DNA from: Nemertoderma westbladi
Lineage: Eukaryota; Animalia; Xenacoelomorpha
Assembly: GCA_032718475.1 (NCBI GenBank)
Contig: JAUCBJ010008646.1
Span: forward strand, 1 to 35,486
Length of the DNA stretch: 35,486 bases
Direction: 5' to 3'
Shown here: positions 34,571-35,486 of the stretch, piece by piece
Layout of the letters: each line of letters starts with the position of its first letter
How positions within the stretch are numbered: position 1 is the first letter of the stretch
Notes under the pieces: generated by a model
The model's input: only the letters and a program-made list of their open reading frames with translations
Database searches by the model: none
Told to the model about the DNA's origin: nothing
Translations under genes and position numbers: made by a program

Positions 34571-35040
34571 TATGTTCAGCATACTTGCAGCATAAGGGTT
34601 CTCTGAGCGCCAGAGGAAATTATTACAGTTATCCGATCACTGTACGATGGTTCCACCACATTAGTGTCTCCTGCTGATGGTGGTGACACCGATTCATTCG
34701 AAGTCTTATGGGGAGTCCTTCACGGTTACACACTTGCTCCCTTTTTATTCGTAATTGTGGTTAACTATGTTATACGCATGTCCTTAGATCATCATAATGA
34801 AGATGAGGTGATAACTCCACCTACTGTACTGGCACAAATTAATCAATCCATTAAAGTACCTAACTGATCTAGACTTTGCTGATGACTTAGGGGAATCACT
34901 AGAGGGAGCCCAAAGGTTCCTCTGTTCATTGGCGCAGGTTGCTTCTAGTGTTGGTCTTTTTGTAAACGCCAAGAAGACAAAAATTATGACAGTCAACCTT
35001 GACTGCCCTCAAGAAATGTGTGATCGTATTAGCATAAGCT
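34571..35040 (+). mobile_element. Older internal RT fragment of the same RTE family, copy 3
   Basis: FEVLWGVLHGYTLAPFLF and a shared AAGTACCTAACTGATCTAGACTTTGCTGATGACTTAGG with copy 1; multiple indels and stops. Confidence 0.85.
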
Positions 35041-35486
35041 AGCTGGAAGCGAATCGCTTCCAGTTGTATTTTGTGTTATTTTAAAAATAAAAACAACACA
35101 TTAGTTTTAAAACACAAATTTTATGTTAATACCTCTGGCTTTCATCAATCCTGTGTGCGCATTTGGGTTGGGGTGGTGCAGATTAAGAGGGAGGTTAAGA
35201 GAGCGGGTGGGGGGGGGGGGGGGGGGGGGGGGGTCTTTAATCCCTTTAATCCCGCTTTGATTTACTGGTGTTTGGTTAAATTTCTTAGATACCGAGTTTG
35301 TGATACAGTAGAATCGGTCAATATTTATCTGTATCTCATTACTGAGCCCCGTGCTGCGCGAAAGCCCCACAAACGTGTTTAAAGTTGTGGGGCGAGCCAC
35401 AAAGTGAGCGAAGCCTTAGCATATGGGTACTATTAACGAGAGTTGTCTTTCATCGTCGTCGTAAATTTTTGATCGCTAACAACTCG

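Noticed and set aside
35071-35400. Poly-Gly and poly-Pro ORFs
   Set aside because: Caused by a G homopolymer run; no other coding signal.

Overview
AT-rich, repeat-dense animal (invertebrate-like) genomic DNA with spliceosomal introns. No prokaryotic features or CRISPR. The main host gene is a two-exon Roco-family gene on the + strand (781-1634 joined to 4831-8210, about 1,400 aa). Its predicted architecture is a 7-blade WD40 propeller, an Apaf-1-like winged helix, a Roc GTPase, COR, a Cys/His cluster and two tandem CARD-like domains; the WD40 exon carries two frame disruptions. Downstream lie decayed exons resembling a BTB-BACK gene, one of them invaded by a 29-bp satellite that appears to derive from the exon itself, and a 4.4-kb 53-bp satellite preceded by a microsatellite and two hairpins. 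The rest is mobile DNA: three copies of one RTE family, two tRNA-derived SINE-like elements, several MITEs, and an 8.26-kb CACTA/EnSpm-like element (22355-30615, TA target duplication). That element splits an old LINE fragment exactly in frame and contains a young CR1-type ORF2 and a palindromic 60-bp array. All domain calls come from reading motifs by eye; no database searches were run.
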